From Verrucomicrobiota bacterium (GTDB lineage Bacteria > Verrucomicrobiota > Verrucomicrobiia > Verrucomicrobiales > DEV007): a DNA stretch of 23,993 bases. The stretch's first letter is position 1. Each line of letters begins with the position of its first letter. Location of the stretch: contig JASFYY010000130.1 of assembly GCA_045046875.1 (NCBI GenBank), positions 1 through 23,993 on the forward strand. Direction: 5' to 3'. The position numbers were made by a program, and so were the translations under genes. Below, in pieces: positions 1 through 8,748 of the stretch. A model generated the notes under the pieces. It had not been told where the DNA came from, ran no database searches, and saw nothing but the letters and a program-made list of their open reading frames with translations.

Positions 1-848
1 ACCGTGTTTTCTACAATCCGAATGGTAGGATCGGTACGGGAAACAGGTATCGATAGAATGTCGTAAAACTCGTTAGGATTGTGGATTTTGCAATCTGTAA
101 AACCCTGCCGAAGGAAGGCGGATTGCAGATCTTTGTCTCCGCGGTAATGTAATGCGGTTTTCCCTCTAGCTACAGCAGCGAGAATGCCTATACCCATTTT
201 CAGCCAAGGGGTGCTTTTATTAGAAGGATCATCACTTATTATATCGGTTAAGTATATTCCGGTTGAAAACTCTTGCAACTGCTGTGCTAGACGTTGCCAA
301 AAAGGTTCGATGGTGGGGGTGGGGAAATAATTAACCAATCCTTCAGTGATCACCAGAAGGGGCTTAGTAGTGGTGAACTCCTTATTCAAAATGGAGGTTA
401 AGGACAAGTCCCCTTTTTCTTGGAATATATTGCAGGGCACCACTTTGTGGCGACTGTCCATATCCCCTAGATCATTGAGAAGTTGTTGTTTGCGATTAGC
501 CATGGCTGGCAAATCTGCTTCGACATATCTTAATGGGGTGACGTCAGAATTTTGATAAAAGCGATAACCTCTGGGTGATAATCCACACGCTAGTTCCAGG
601 ATTTGGACTTCGCCATGCTCGGTAAGGATTTTTTCGGCTAGATGATCAATGAGCAAATGTCGCTGCAATAAAATGGACTCGATATCAGTGCCGAATAAGC
701 TGCGCGAAGCTTTATCTCCAGCGTATAAACCATAGTAGGCCCACCTTCCTTTAGGAGTAGTAAAACTGCGATCAGATAAGCCGTTTTTATACCAAAGGTA
801 GCCCGTGTAATGCGCGGTGATACTGATTCTAGAGGTGTCTTTTGCCAT
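1..848 (-). CDS. Class I SAM-dependent methyltransferase, leucine-carboxyl-methyltransferase (LCM/O-methyltransferase) family; 3' end beyond the window edge
   Basis: Manual translation from ATG at 848 is open to position 3: MAKDTSRISITAHYTGYLWYKNGLSD...LLQRHLLID...QILELACGLSPRG...YVEADLPAMANRK...LLVITEGLVNYF...IRIVENT. ELACGL is SAM motif I; EADLP and TEGLVNYF are typical of the LCM family. Absent from the ORF track, presumably because no stop lies in the window. Confidence 0.85.
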   Translation of the reverse strand, partial: MAKDTSRISITAHYTGYLWYKNGLSDRSFTTPKGRWAYYGLYAGDKASRSLFGTDIESILLQRHLLIDHLAEKILTEHGEVQILELACGLSPRGYRFYQNSDVTPLRYVEADLPAMANRKQQLLNDLGDMDSRHKVVPCNIFQEKGDLSLTSILNKEFTTTKPLLVITEGLVNYFPTPTIEPFWQRLAQQLQEFSTGIYLTDIISDDPSNKSTPWLKMGIGILAAVARGKTALHYRGDKDLQSAFLRQGFTDCKIHNPNEFYDILSIPVSRTDPTIRIVENT

Positions 849-1164
849 GTTATGTGATGCGTGCTCGCGATATCGATACGGGATATTTCATCGCAAGACT
901 TGTCGAAAGTAAGGGAAAAGCAGTAAGTGTAAAGTGAATGAAAGCGTGTCAGCAACAGAATTGTTTAGAAATTTGTAACTATTGAGCCGAATGAGACTAT
1001 CCCCTGTTTTATTCCAATTCGTTGTCAGCCAAGCGGCCACCGTTGGCGTGATCTAATTTCCAACTTAAAGTCTTTAGCTCAATGTCGCGCTTACGGCAGC
1101 GACAGCGATTGCTCAAATGCAAGGAGGTTTACAAAATTTCTACTGCACCTGAGTCGCCCTCCCC

Positions 1165-2349
1165 CTACGGACAATTAAGTTTTAACTGCTGCAGCAACAA
1201 CTTGCGCTCGACTTTCCCCAAAGCTGAACGCGGAATGAATCTGACAATTTTGACTTCATCGATACGTTCGTAAGGCGCCGCTTGTTGTCGATAGGCATCC
1301 AACAGGGATTGGATCGCCCTGTCATCTCCCGATGCCGCCGCTATGATACGGTATCCTTTACGCTCGTCAGGCACTGCCACTAAAACAGCATCCACTTGCT
1401 CAGATTGTCGGCGTCGCAGTTTTTGCAAACACTGATTAAGCTGATTCATCGAGACCTGTTCTCCCAAAACCTTAATCAGATCATCCATCCTCCCTAGGAC
1501 CTTTAACTTCGTTTTCCCATCCCTCTTTTTTATCTCCACGCGATCCCCGGTCGTGAACCACCCCTCTGCATCCCCTGCTGCCTTGAACTCCAATTCGCCG
1601 CTCGCCGCCTGCTCCAAATAACCGCGACACAAACAGCCCCCCTTGATTTGTAAGCTGCCTCCCTTCGCCTGCTCGCGCACCTGCCAATTTGGTAGAACTG
1701 CCAACCATTCACCAGCAAAGTCCCGCTGCAAAGCACTCAAGGGTTCGGTCGCGATCTGCGAGCCCGCTTCGGTCATTCCATAACTCTGCAATACCGGCCA
1801 CTGCAAGGCTCTAGCGCTTCGCCCCAATTCCACATCCAACTTCTCTCCCCCTACGATCAGCGCCCGCAGGTGCTGCGGACACTTCAAGCCCTGAGATACC
1901 AGATCATAAACCTGGGTAGGCACCAGGGAGGTCAAGGTAATCTGACGCGTCTCCAAAGCTTCGCAAAAATGGTGTGCATCCCAGCGCTGTTCAAAAAGCG
2001 TCATTTCACACTGCGCCTGCAAGGCCCGGACATACACCGCCAGACCTCCGACATGAAAACCCGGCAACGCCGCCAACCAGTGATCATCCGAAGTCACAAA
2101 CAAATGCCGGTTCACCTCCATCGCCGACTGCCACAAAGCCGCTTTTGCTATGGCAACAAAACGCGACCGCCCACTGCTGCCCGAAGTCGCGATCCACACA
2201 CAAGCCGCAGCATCATCCTGCTGGGAAATCCAGTCCTCCACCTTGGCACCAAATTGCACCAGCTCAGCCGAACGTCGATTAGCCAAAACACAAGACTCCT
2301 TGTTTTGCCAAAACTGCAAATCGCTCAACTGGTCATCCTGTTCACCCAT
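1165..2349 (-). CDS. menE: o-succinylbenzoate--CoA ligase (short form)
   Basis: ANL adenylation motifs TSGSSG, HVGGL, YGMTE, TGD, GRMDD, PRSALGK; last gene of the men cluster. Confidence 0.88.
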   Translation of the reverse strand: MGEQDDQLSDLQFWQNKESCVLANRRSAELVQFGAKVEDWISQQDDAAACVWIATSGSSGRSRFVAIAKAALWQSAMEVNRHLFVTSDDHWLAALPGFHVGGLAVYVRALQAQCEMTLFEQRWDAHHFCEALETRQITLTSLVPTQVYDLVSQGLKCPQHLRALIVGGEKLDVELGRSARALQWPVLQSYGMTEAGSQIATEPLSALQRDFAGEWLAVLPNWQVREQAKGGSLQIKGGCLCRGYLEQAASGELEFKAAGDAEGWFTTGDRVEIKKRDGKTKLKVLGRMDDLIKVLGEQVSMNQLNQCLQKLRRRQSEQVDAVLVAVPDERKGYRIIAAASGDDRAIQSLLDAYRQQAAPYERIDEVKIVRFIPRSALGKVERKLLLQQLKLNCP

Positions 2350-2416
2350 GCAAATTTTCTTTTTTCCTTCGTATTTCCGAGTATTCCTAGTGGATAACTC
2401 TTTTGCTTAAATTTCG

Positions 2417-3385
2417 CTACAAAGTTTTCCACGGTAAAGTCTGCAATTGATCATCAAAACCCAAACCCGTCCCCCTCGGAACCAGCAACTTCGGCCCTTC
2501 ACTTTGCACTGATTCAAAAAATTCATCCCGCTCAAACAGGTGATGCGTCAACAATCCACACTGGCGAAGCTGCTCAGGATACTTCGCCTGCAGCAAAGCC
2601 GCTTGATAGGCCGCAAACATCTGGCCAATGGCGTGATCCATATAAGAGGTCACCAGCCATTTTTTCTGACCCTTCTCAGGATCGAGTTGTTCAGTCAGCA
2701 AAACAGCATCCACCACCGCCGGCTTTATCACCAGCCAATCCGCTGCCGCCCTTTCCCCCGCCCCTTGTTCACAATCCCGATCCACCGCCAGAGACAAACC
2801 CGTCTGCCGTCGTAAACGCTGCCAGTTTTCCTGATGATAGCTCACCGGATCCTCAATGAACTCAATCCGTTCACAAATCTCCGACCCTAAAACCTGAGCC
2901 AAATTCATCGCCACAGCCGCCTCAAGGCTTTCGTTAAAATCTATCCGCAGCAAACAATCCGGCGCCACCTGGGCCAGACACAGCTGGATTTTCTTTCGAG
3001 CCTTTTCCAAATCCGCAGCTCCCTTTATTTTGATCCGGGAGAACGCCGCGCAGTCTTGTTTATTCAAATCCATGTCCCCGGCCACCGTCAAATGACTGTC
3101 CGGAATACTCAGTCCCGCAAACAAACTCACCTCCTGTTCACGCGCCTGCCCATCCAAACGAGCACAATGCAAAGCGCGTTGCCCCAGTCGCAGCGGCTTC
3201 GATGCGCGCAAAGCATCCAATTGCCCCTGTAAACATTCATCCCCCAGTTCCACCCAAGGATGAATACAGCCCACCCCGGAGCCCACTCGAATCAAACAGC
3301 CCTCCAACTCACGCCTCTCACTGCGAGCATTGAGCCCCACACGGCTTTTTAAAACATAACGATGATATTGAATCTCAGCGCTCAT
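2417..3385 (-). CDS. menC: o-succinylbenzoate synthase (enolase superfamily)
   Basis: KIK (KxK), RIDFN, FIEDP, AVD and VIKP motifs of OSBS; position in the men cluster. Confidence 0.85.
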   Translation of the reverse strand: MSAEIQYHRYVLKSRVGLNARSERRELEGCLIRVGSGVGCIHPWVELGDECLQGQLDALRASKPLRLGQRALHCARLDGQAREQEVSLFAGLSIPDSHLTVAGDMDLNKQDCAAFSRIKIKGAADLEKARKKIQLCLAQVAPDCLLRIDFNESLEAAVAMNLAQVLGSEICERIEFIEDPVSYHQENWQRLRRQTGLSLAVDRDCEQGAGERAAADWLVIKPAVVDAVLLTEQLDPEKGQKKWLVTSYMDHAIGQMFAAYQAALLQAKYPEQLRQCGLLTHHLFERDEFFESVQSEGPKLLVPRGTGLGFDDQLQTLPWKTL

Positions 3386-3411
3386 CAGGGCATCAGGGCA
3401 TCAGGGCATCA
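3383..3411. repeat. 8-bp tandem repeat (CATCAGGG)x3 + CATCA spanning the menA stop and menC start
   Basis: Seen directly; the minus strand reads ATGCCCTG ATGCCCTG ATGCCCTG ATG. Confidence 0.95.
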
Positions 3412-4291
3412 AGCCTATGGTCAGCAAAATAGCAAAAACCAGCAACTGCATCGCCGCCAAAGCCAGAAATTTATTATAAGCCGGACTCGGTGAAGTGCGG
3501 AACACCTTCCAAGCAAGATAAACACTGAACGGTGTCAGGATCAGGGGAACGGCATACAAACGGGTGTATCCCAGAGCCAGCCATGCCGTGCCCACCAACA
3601 TCGGTCCGAGGCAAAACAAAGCGATTTCCATTTTTGCAAAAGCAATGCCACGGCGCACCGCCAAGGTTCTCTTACCGGAAATGCGGTCTTCATCAATGTC
3701 GCGCAGGTTGTTGATCGCTATCAAAGCCGCCGAGAACAATCCTATCTGCAATCCCGCCAACAAAGCTTCCGGCCCCGGTGCGGTACCGGTCTGCACAAAC
3801 CACGACCCACCGACCGCGATCAAACCGAAAAAAACCACCACAAACAACTCGCCCAATCCGAGGTAGGCCAAGGGAAAAGGACCTCCAGTATAACCATAAG
3901 CAAGAAACAGAGAGAGCACCCCAATCAAAACAATCGGCCAACCACGCTCAGCGATCAGCGGCAGGGATGCCAGTGCCGCCAGGATCGAAGTCACCACCCC
4001 GGCGATCATCACGCCTTTCTGGCTCACCAGTCCTGACGCGGTCACCCGCCGGGGGCCATGGCGCAGATCGGTGTCGGCCCCTTTTTTAAAATCGATCGCG
4101 TCATTAAAAAAATTGGTCGCGATCTGGATCAGCAAACAACTCAGTAAAGTGTAAAAAAACAAACGTCCGGAAAAATGATACTGAGCACTTTGATCCAGCG
4201 ACACCAAAGCGCTGCCCACCCAAACCGGAACCACTGCGGCGGGCAGAGTTTTTGGCCTCGCAGCCATCACCCATGTTTTTAAAGAGGACAT
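3401..4291 (-). CDS. menA: 1,4-dihydroxy-2-naphthoate polyprenyltransferase
   Basis: AARPKTL, NFFNDAIDFKKGADT and INNLRDIDED..GKRTL UbiA/MenA motifs; multiple hydrophobic helices. Confidence 0.95.
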   Translation of the reverse strand: MSSLKTWVMAARPKTLPAAVVPVWVGSALVSLDQSAQYHFSGRLFFYTLLSCLLIQIATNFFNDAIDFKKGADTDLRHGPRRVTASGLVSQKGVMIAGVVTSILAALASLPLIAERGWPIVLIGVLSLFLAYGYTGGPFPLAYLGLGELFVVVFFGLIAVGGSWFVQTGTAPGPEALLAGLQIGLFSAALIAINNLRDIDEDRISGKRTLAVRRGIAFAKMEIALFCLGPMLVGTAWLALGYTRLYAVPLILTPFSVYLAWKVFRTSPSPAYNKFLALAAMQLLVFAILLTIGLMP

Positions 4292-4311
4292 TAAAATCTA
4301 TACGCTACACC

Positions 4312-5124
4312 TTAAGGCAAACGAGGGAACTTGGAAAAGTCAGGCTGCCTTTTTTCTAAAAAAGCTTGTTTGCCCTCCTTGGCCTCTTCCGACATATAAT
4401 AAAGTAAAGTCGCATTGCCCGCCAAATCCTGCAAGCCCATTTGCCCGTCACAGTCAGCATTCAAGGCTGACTTCAAACAGCGCAAAGCCAGCGGCGAGTG
4501 AGCTAGGATCTCACGCCCCCACTTGACCGTTTCCGCTTCCAATTCAGCCAGCGGCACCACGGTATTCACCAAGCCCATATCCAAAGCCGCCTGGGCATCA
4601 TACTGACGACACAAATACCAGATCTCCCGTGCTTTTTTCTGGCCCACAATGCGCGCCAGATAACTCGCGCCCAGGCCGCCATCAAAGGATCCGACCTTCG
4701 GACCGGTTTGACCGAACCTCGCGTTGTCTGCCGCAATCGTCAGATCACAGACAATATGCAGCACATGACCACCGCCAATCGCATACCCGGCCACCATGGC
4801 GATCACCGGTTTGGGTACCTGGCGGATCTTCTTTTGCAGATCGAGCACATTCAAGCGAGGTATACCCGCCCCATCGATGTAGCCACCCTCTCCACGAACC
4901 TTCTGGTCGCCTCCCGAGCAAAAAGCCTTCTCCCCTTCTCCACACAATACAATCACCCCCACCGACGCATCCTCATGTGCCAGGTCAAAGGCCTCCAGCA
5001 TCTCCTTCACCGTCTGCGGGCGGAAAGCGTTACGCACCTCGGGACGATTGATGGTTATTTTGGCAATACCATCCTCCGTTTTTTGATAACGGATATCTTC
5101 AAATTCTTTTACTGTTGACCACAT
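4312..5124 (-). CDS. menB: 1,4-dihydroxy-2-naphthoyl-CoA synthase
   Basis: [57 protein letters not shown]: canonical MenB. Confidence 0.98.
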   Translation of the reverse strand: MWSTVKEFEDIRYQKTEDGIAKITINRPEVRNAFRPQTVKEMLEAFDLAHEDASVGVIVLCGEGEKAFCSGGDQKVRGEGGYIDGAGIPRLNVLDLQKKIRQVPKPVIAMVAGYAIGGGHVLHIVCDLTIAADNARFGQTGPKVGSFDGGLGASYLARIVGQKKAREIWYLCRQYDAQAALDMGLVNTVVPLAELEAETVKWGREILAHSPLALRCLKSALNADCDGQMGLQDLAGNATLLYYMSEEAKEGKQAFLEKRQPDFSKFPRLP

Positions 5125-5137
5125 ACCCGCTATTCAA

Positions 5138-5836
5138 TCACAGAATTCGCTTTTGGAAATCCCCAATCACCATTTTTAGCTTTTTCAATACAGCTTCATT
5201 CTCAAACAGCAGACGGTGTCCCGCCCCTGCTATGATCACCTGCTCAAAGTTATCATTGCCCGCGACCACCTCCGTTGCCAATGCGGTGAATTTTTCATCC
5301 CGCTCTCCCGTGATCCACAAAACCGGCGTATGGCACGCAGCCAGAGCCGGACGCAAATCCTGCTGCCGCCCCAACGACCAACATTCAAAAGCACGGGCTA
5401 TGGACTCCCTCCTGGACTGCAAACCCATTTGCCCCTTCGACCCCGCTCCTGATCGCAACACCGCCTGCTGATTCCATTTTGCTAGAAAATCAGTCCACGG
5501 CAACTCCCTGGCCTGTGAAGCCCATTGGAAATCCCCCTGCCAACGCACTTTTTTCTGTTCTTCATCAAGCAGTCCCGGGTGAGTAGAAATCACAAGCCCG
5601 GCACTCCATCGCGATGATGACTCCAGCAAGGCATGCAAAGCCAGTCGCCCCCCCATGGAGTATCCAGTCAAAAGCCCACCCGCCTCCGCGTTTGCTTGCT
5701 GATTAAAACCCCGCGCCCAATCACTCAAATCAGGACTATCGCCTTGATCAAAAGCCGCCCACAAATCCACTGACTCCACATCAAAACCCTCCCAGTCACA
5801 CACACTGCCCAGCATGCCATGAAGCGCATGGGTCAT
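5138..5836 (-). CDS. menH: SHCHC synthase (alpha/beta hydrolase fold)
   Basis: GYSMGGR nucleophile elbow, GERDEKF, AGH. Start reassigned to ATG 5836 (MTHALHG), which overlaps the menD stop as ATGA and follows AAGGAGGA. Confidence 0.85.
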   Translation of the reverse strand: MTHALHGMLGSVCDWEGFDVESVDLWAAFDQGDSPDLSDWARGFNQQANAEAGGLLTGYSMGGRLALHALLESSSRWSAGLVISTHPGLLDEEQKKVRWQGDFQWASQARELPWTDFLAKWNQQAVLRSGAGSKGQMGLQSRRESIARAFECWSLGRQQDLRPALAACHTPVLWITGERDEKFTALATEVVAGNDNFEQVIIAGAGHRLLFENEAVLKKLKMVIGDFQKRIL

Positions 5837-7494
5837 GAGTCCTCCTTCACATAATCCCGCCAAAAAGCCTCCGTCTGCTCAAGATCCGGACACAGCTCAA
5901 TCACCAGAGTCTCTTTTCCCTCAATCTGCTCCGCCTTCCAACCATCCGCCGTAACCACCCGCAGATAGTCCATACTCCACATCGCCGCCCAGTGCTTGAA
6001 ATCAATCTGATGCCGGTTCTCCGTCACCTGCTTTTGCGATTCGTCCAGACGCGCCAAATGAGGCAAGCGGGAAAAAATCCGTCCGCCCCCATTATTGATC
6101 ACCACCAAACGCCGTTTCCCTTCCCCCAACTGATTCAAAACCCAGGGCGCACTCAGATCATAGAGCGCGGTCAAATCGCCGAACACGCCCCAACTCTCCT
6201 TGGCATCCGCCGAAAGACCAAAATAAGTAGAAACCTGCCCATCGATGCCATTCGCCCCGCGACTGGCAAAACAAGACAAAGCCCGGTCTTCAAAGGTCGC
6301 CGCCAGATTCCACTCACGGATCGGCATGCTGTTGCCTAAATAAACCTGACTACCAACGGGAATCCCCTGCGATAATTTACGCATCCAAGCTGGCTCGCTT
6401 TGCGGATATTTCTCCAGCAAAACATCCAAACGCCCAGTGCCCTTCACTTCATCCCGCGTCTCATTTCCCCCCAAAGCCTCCGCCAGCAAACGCAGCCCCG
6501 CTGTCACATCCTCCATCGCCACCGCCGATATTCTACCGAGCCCGGAGAACTCCCCCGCAGGAGCCAAGGACAACACTTCGATGTCGTCCAAACTCTCCAA
6601 ATCCCGCCAAAATCGCAAACTCGGCACTCCGCCCAGACGTAAAACCCTTCCATTTCCCTTATTCGAAAAATGCGTAAAAAACTTCTGTTCATCCTTTATA
6701 ACCAATGGATAGAGAATATTACTCTCCCTCAATCCACTGCCCGCATCCAACCAAATCGGCAAAGCCAGTTCCGCCAGCGCCTGCACCAGCTCAGCGCTGC
6801 GTTCAGACGGTGACAAACAACCGATCAATACCACCACGTCTCCACTTTTATCAATAAAATCCTCCACCATCTCCCAGTCATCATACCGCTCATCGGCTGG
6901 ATCAATTTTCTCTAGCCCCTGCAAGCTGCCCCCACCGCCTTCGTCTCCCGCTACCAGAGGCTCCTCAAAAGCGACATTGATATGCCAGCGCACAGCGGAC
7001 TCCCGCTCCAGCAGGAAGTCCGGTAAATCTTCCAAATCACTGTAATGATGAGCACTCACGTCGAGGAACAAATTCACATTCTCGCCATACAGATTTTCTT
7101 GATCAATCGCCTGCGGCGCCCCGCTGCGACGAAAATGAGGTGGCCGGTCCGCTGTCACCAACAGCAGCGGCAGCCCCGAATAATGCGCCTCGATCACCGC
7201 TGGCAGCAACTCCGCCGCCGCGGTGCCCGAAGTGGTCACCACTGCCGTCGGCAGCCCACTGATCTTTGCTCGCCCCAAGGCAAAAAAAGCCGCCGCCCGC
7301 TCCTCGAAAAAATTCCAAATCTTGAGCTCCCCGCGTTGATCCTCCTGCTCCAGCCTCAACAACTCCAGCACCAAAGGACTGTTCCTCGATCCCGAACACA
7401 GCACAAATTCGCGGCAACCTGCCTGCCAACAGGCGCGAATGACCTCAAAAGCCAATACCTCGTTCGACCAGCCTTTTTCATTCCACTCGCTCAT
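5833..7494 (-). CDS. menD: SEPHCHC synthase (ThDP-dependent)
   Basis: GSRNSPL, EERAAAFFALG, TTSGTA, ADRP, GNSMPIR, RGANGIDG, GDLT and NNGGGRIF motifs. Start reassigned to ATG 7494 (ATGA overlap with the menF stop). Confidence 0.95.
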   Translation of the reverse strand: MSEWNEKGWSNEVLAFEVIRACWQAGCREFVLCSGSRNSPLVLELLRLEQEDQRGELKIWNFFEERAAAFFALGRAKISGLPTAVVTTSGTAAAELLPAVIEAHYSGLPLLLVTADRPPHFRRSGAPQAIDQENLYGENVNLFLDVSAHHYSDLEDLPDFLLERESAVRWHINVAFEEPLVAGDEGGGGSLQGLEKIDPADERYDDWEMVEDFIDKSGDVVVLIGCLSPSERSAELVQALAELALPIWLDAGSGLRESNILYPLVIKDEQKFFTHFSNKGNGRVLRLGGVPSLRFWRDLESLDDIEVLSLAPAGEFSGLGRISAVAMEDVTAGLRLLAEALGGNETRDEVKGTGRLDVLLEKYPQSEPAWMRKLSQGIPVGSQVYLGNSMPIREWNLAATFEDRALSCFASRGANGIDGQVSTYFGLSADAKESWGVFGDLTALYDLSAPWVLNQLGEGKRRLVVINNGGGRIFSRLPHLARLDESQKQVTENRHQIDFKHWAAMWSMDYLRVVTADGWKAEQIEGKETLVIELCPDLEQTEAFWRDYVKEDS

Positions 7495-8501
7495 AAACCC
7501 AACAAAGCTTTTACTGAATTCCGCTTCAAAGACAACTCCCTCCACTCATTTTCAAAACGGCTGCCGCGGATCAAACCGCAGCCCGATGGCAAATAAACGT
7601 CCGACCCGCGCCACGACAAATTACGAATCGAAACCACCGATTGAAAACCCACCACCGATTTCACCCCGAAAGGCGCACCAAAACATTTGGGTGCCTCCAA
7701 AGCCTCGCGATACTCCATCAACTGACTCAATGCTCCCTCGCCGCGAGGATAAGCGCCCAAAGCCGGTGTGGGATGCAACAGAGCAATCATATCATCCAGC
7801 GACGGCGCTGCTTCCGTCAGCTTCACCTGCAATCGGGTGACAAAATGTACAATCGAGCCCAGATCCAAAACCTGGCGTTCACTGCGCTTCACCGGCCCCA
7901 ACTCCCTCAATCGCCCCGACAGGTAATTCGCCACAAACTCATGCTCGCGGATCTCCTTATCATCCGACAAAAACTCCGCCTCTTCATGTTTCGACGCCGT
8001 TCCCGCCAGTGCCATCGTCTCCAGCACTCCGTCCTGCAGTGAAAACAAGCGCTCCGGCGTCGCCCCCACTGCTCCACTTTCGCCAAAACGGTAACCATAA
8101 GCCCAAAACGGTTCGGGCAAAGCCCCCACCGCACGCAGCAGAGCTGCCGGATCCCCCGACCGCACCCGGCCTCGTTCAGTCAACACCGGCACCGATTTTT
8201 CCAATTCGTGACACGAGATACGTGATTGCACATCCTCGTATATCCGCCGGAAAGCCTGATCCGTCAGCCCTTCCCACTCCACCGCAGGAAAGGGAGTTGC
8301 CCCGTTGCTCATCAGTAACTCGCGCGGGTCCGATGCCAGAAACCACTCGGCCGGTTTTTTCCACGGCCGGGCATCACTGAGCAAAAAATCATTGTGATAA
8401 AAAACCACCTCCGCATTCTCCGCCGAAACCAGCGATTCGAACGGCCCCTTGCCGCACAAAAACTGACCTGAATCCAATCTGAGAAATGCAAAATCTATCA
8501 T
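7491..8501 (-). CDS. menF: Isochorismate synthase (chorismate-binding domain, short form)
   Basis: GATPERL, MALAGT, KEIREH, LHPTPALG, IRN, SGCG and EWREL..K chorismate-binding motifs; first gene of the men cluster. Confidence 0.88.
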   Translation of the reverse strand: MIDFAFLRLDSGQFLCGKGPFESLVSAENAEVVFYHNDFLLSDARPWKKPAEWFLASDPRELLMSNGATPFPAVEWEGLTDQAFRRIYEDVQSRISCHELEKSVPVLTERGRVRSGDPAALLRAVGALPEPFWAYGYRFGESGAVGATPERLFSLQDGVLETMALAGTASKHEEAEFLSDDKEIREHEFVANYLSGRLRELGPVKRSERQVLDLGSIVHFVTRLQVKLTEAAPSLDDMIALLHPTPALGAYPRGEGALSQLMEYREALEAPKCFGAPFGVKSVVGFQSVVSIRNLSWRGSDVYLPSGCGLIRGSRFENEWRELSLKRNSVKALLGL

Positions 8502-8512
8502 GTCTGAAAAAC

Positions 8513-8529
8513 GAAGCGATTATCGCTTC
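8513..8529. promoter_or_regulatory. Perfect 8-1-8 palindrome GAAGCGAT-T-ATCGCTTC just upstream of menF (candidate operator or leader hairpin)
   Basis: Seen directly; 11 nt separate it from the menF ATG, and it is followed by GTTTTT on the minus strand. Function is inferred. Confidence 0.45.
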
Positions 8530-8538
8530 CGCCAGCGA

Positions 8539-8566
8539 AAAGTAGGACAAATTACCCATCTGTCCA
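8539..8566 (-). promoter_or_regulatory. Possible sigma70 promoter for the men operon
   Basis: TGGACA-N16-TACTTT on the minus strand; moderate match to consensus. Confidence 0.3.
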
Positions 8567-8598
8567 TAACAGCCTTAAGCAAAAAAACAAATTCAGCC

Positions 8599-8624
8599 GC
8601 AACGTTTCCGCTTTTACGTGGTTT
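8599..8624 (+). promoter_or_regulatory. Possible ECF-type (autoregulatory) promoter
   Basis: GCAAC-N17-GTTT matches the AAC-N17-GT spacing of sigmaE/sigmaW-type promoters and lies upstream of an ECF sigma gene. Confidence 0.35.
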
Positions 8625-8748
8625 ACATTAGCTGGAGGGCTTGATACCCTCCGTTCACGCATCCGATGCACAAACCCGAATCCAAACCATCTCCTACCAA
8701 CTGGAATCCGACAGGCATGGCTCTGTCCTGATTCCTGCCTGCTCTGCC

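Noticed and set aside
638..955. 105-aa minus-strand ORF (and the 346-555 + ORF) from the track
   Set aside because: Both overlap the motif-bearing methyltransferase frame 1-848 and have no recognisable features
1028..1104. Two small imperfect hairpins (GCCAA..TTGGC, TGTCGC..GCGACA) downstream of menE
   Set aside because: Short and bulged, no clear U-tract, no recognisable RNA family; could arise by chance
849..1164. Replication origin or dif site at the skew switch
   Set aside because: No DnaA-box cluster or XerC/XerD consensus seen; only an isolated near-match TTATCCACT around 2389-2397
7495..7545. Longer menD start from the track (also menH 5863 and propeller 23293)
   Set aside because: Downstream ATGs give ATGA overlaps or a clean signal peptide, so the extensions are probably not translated
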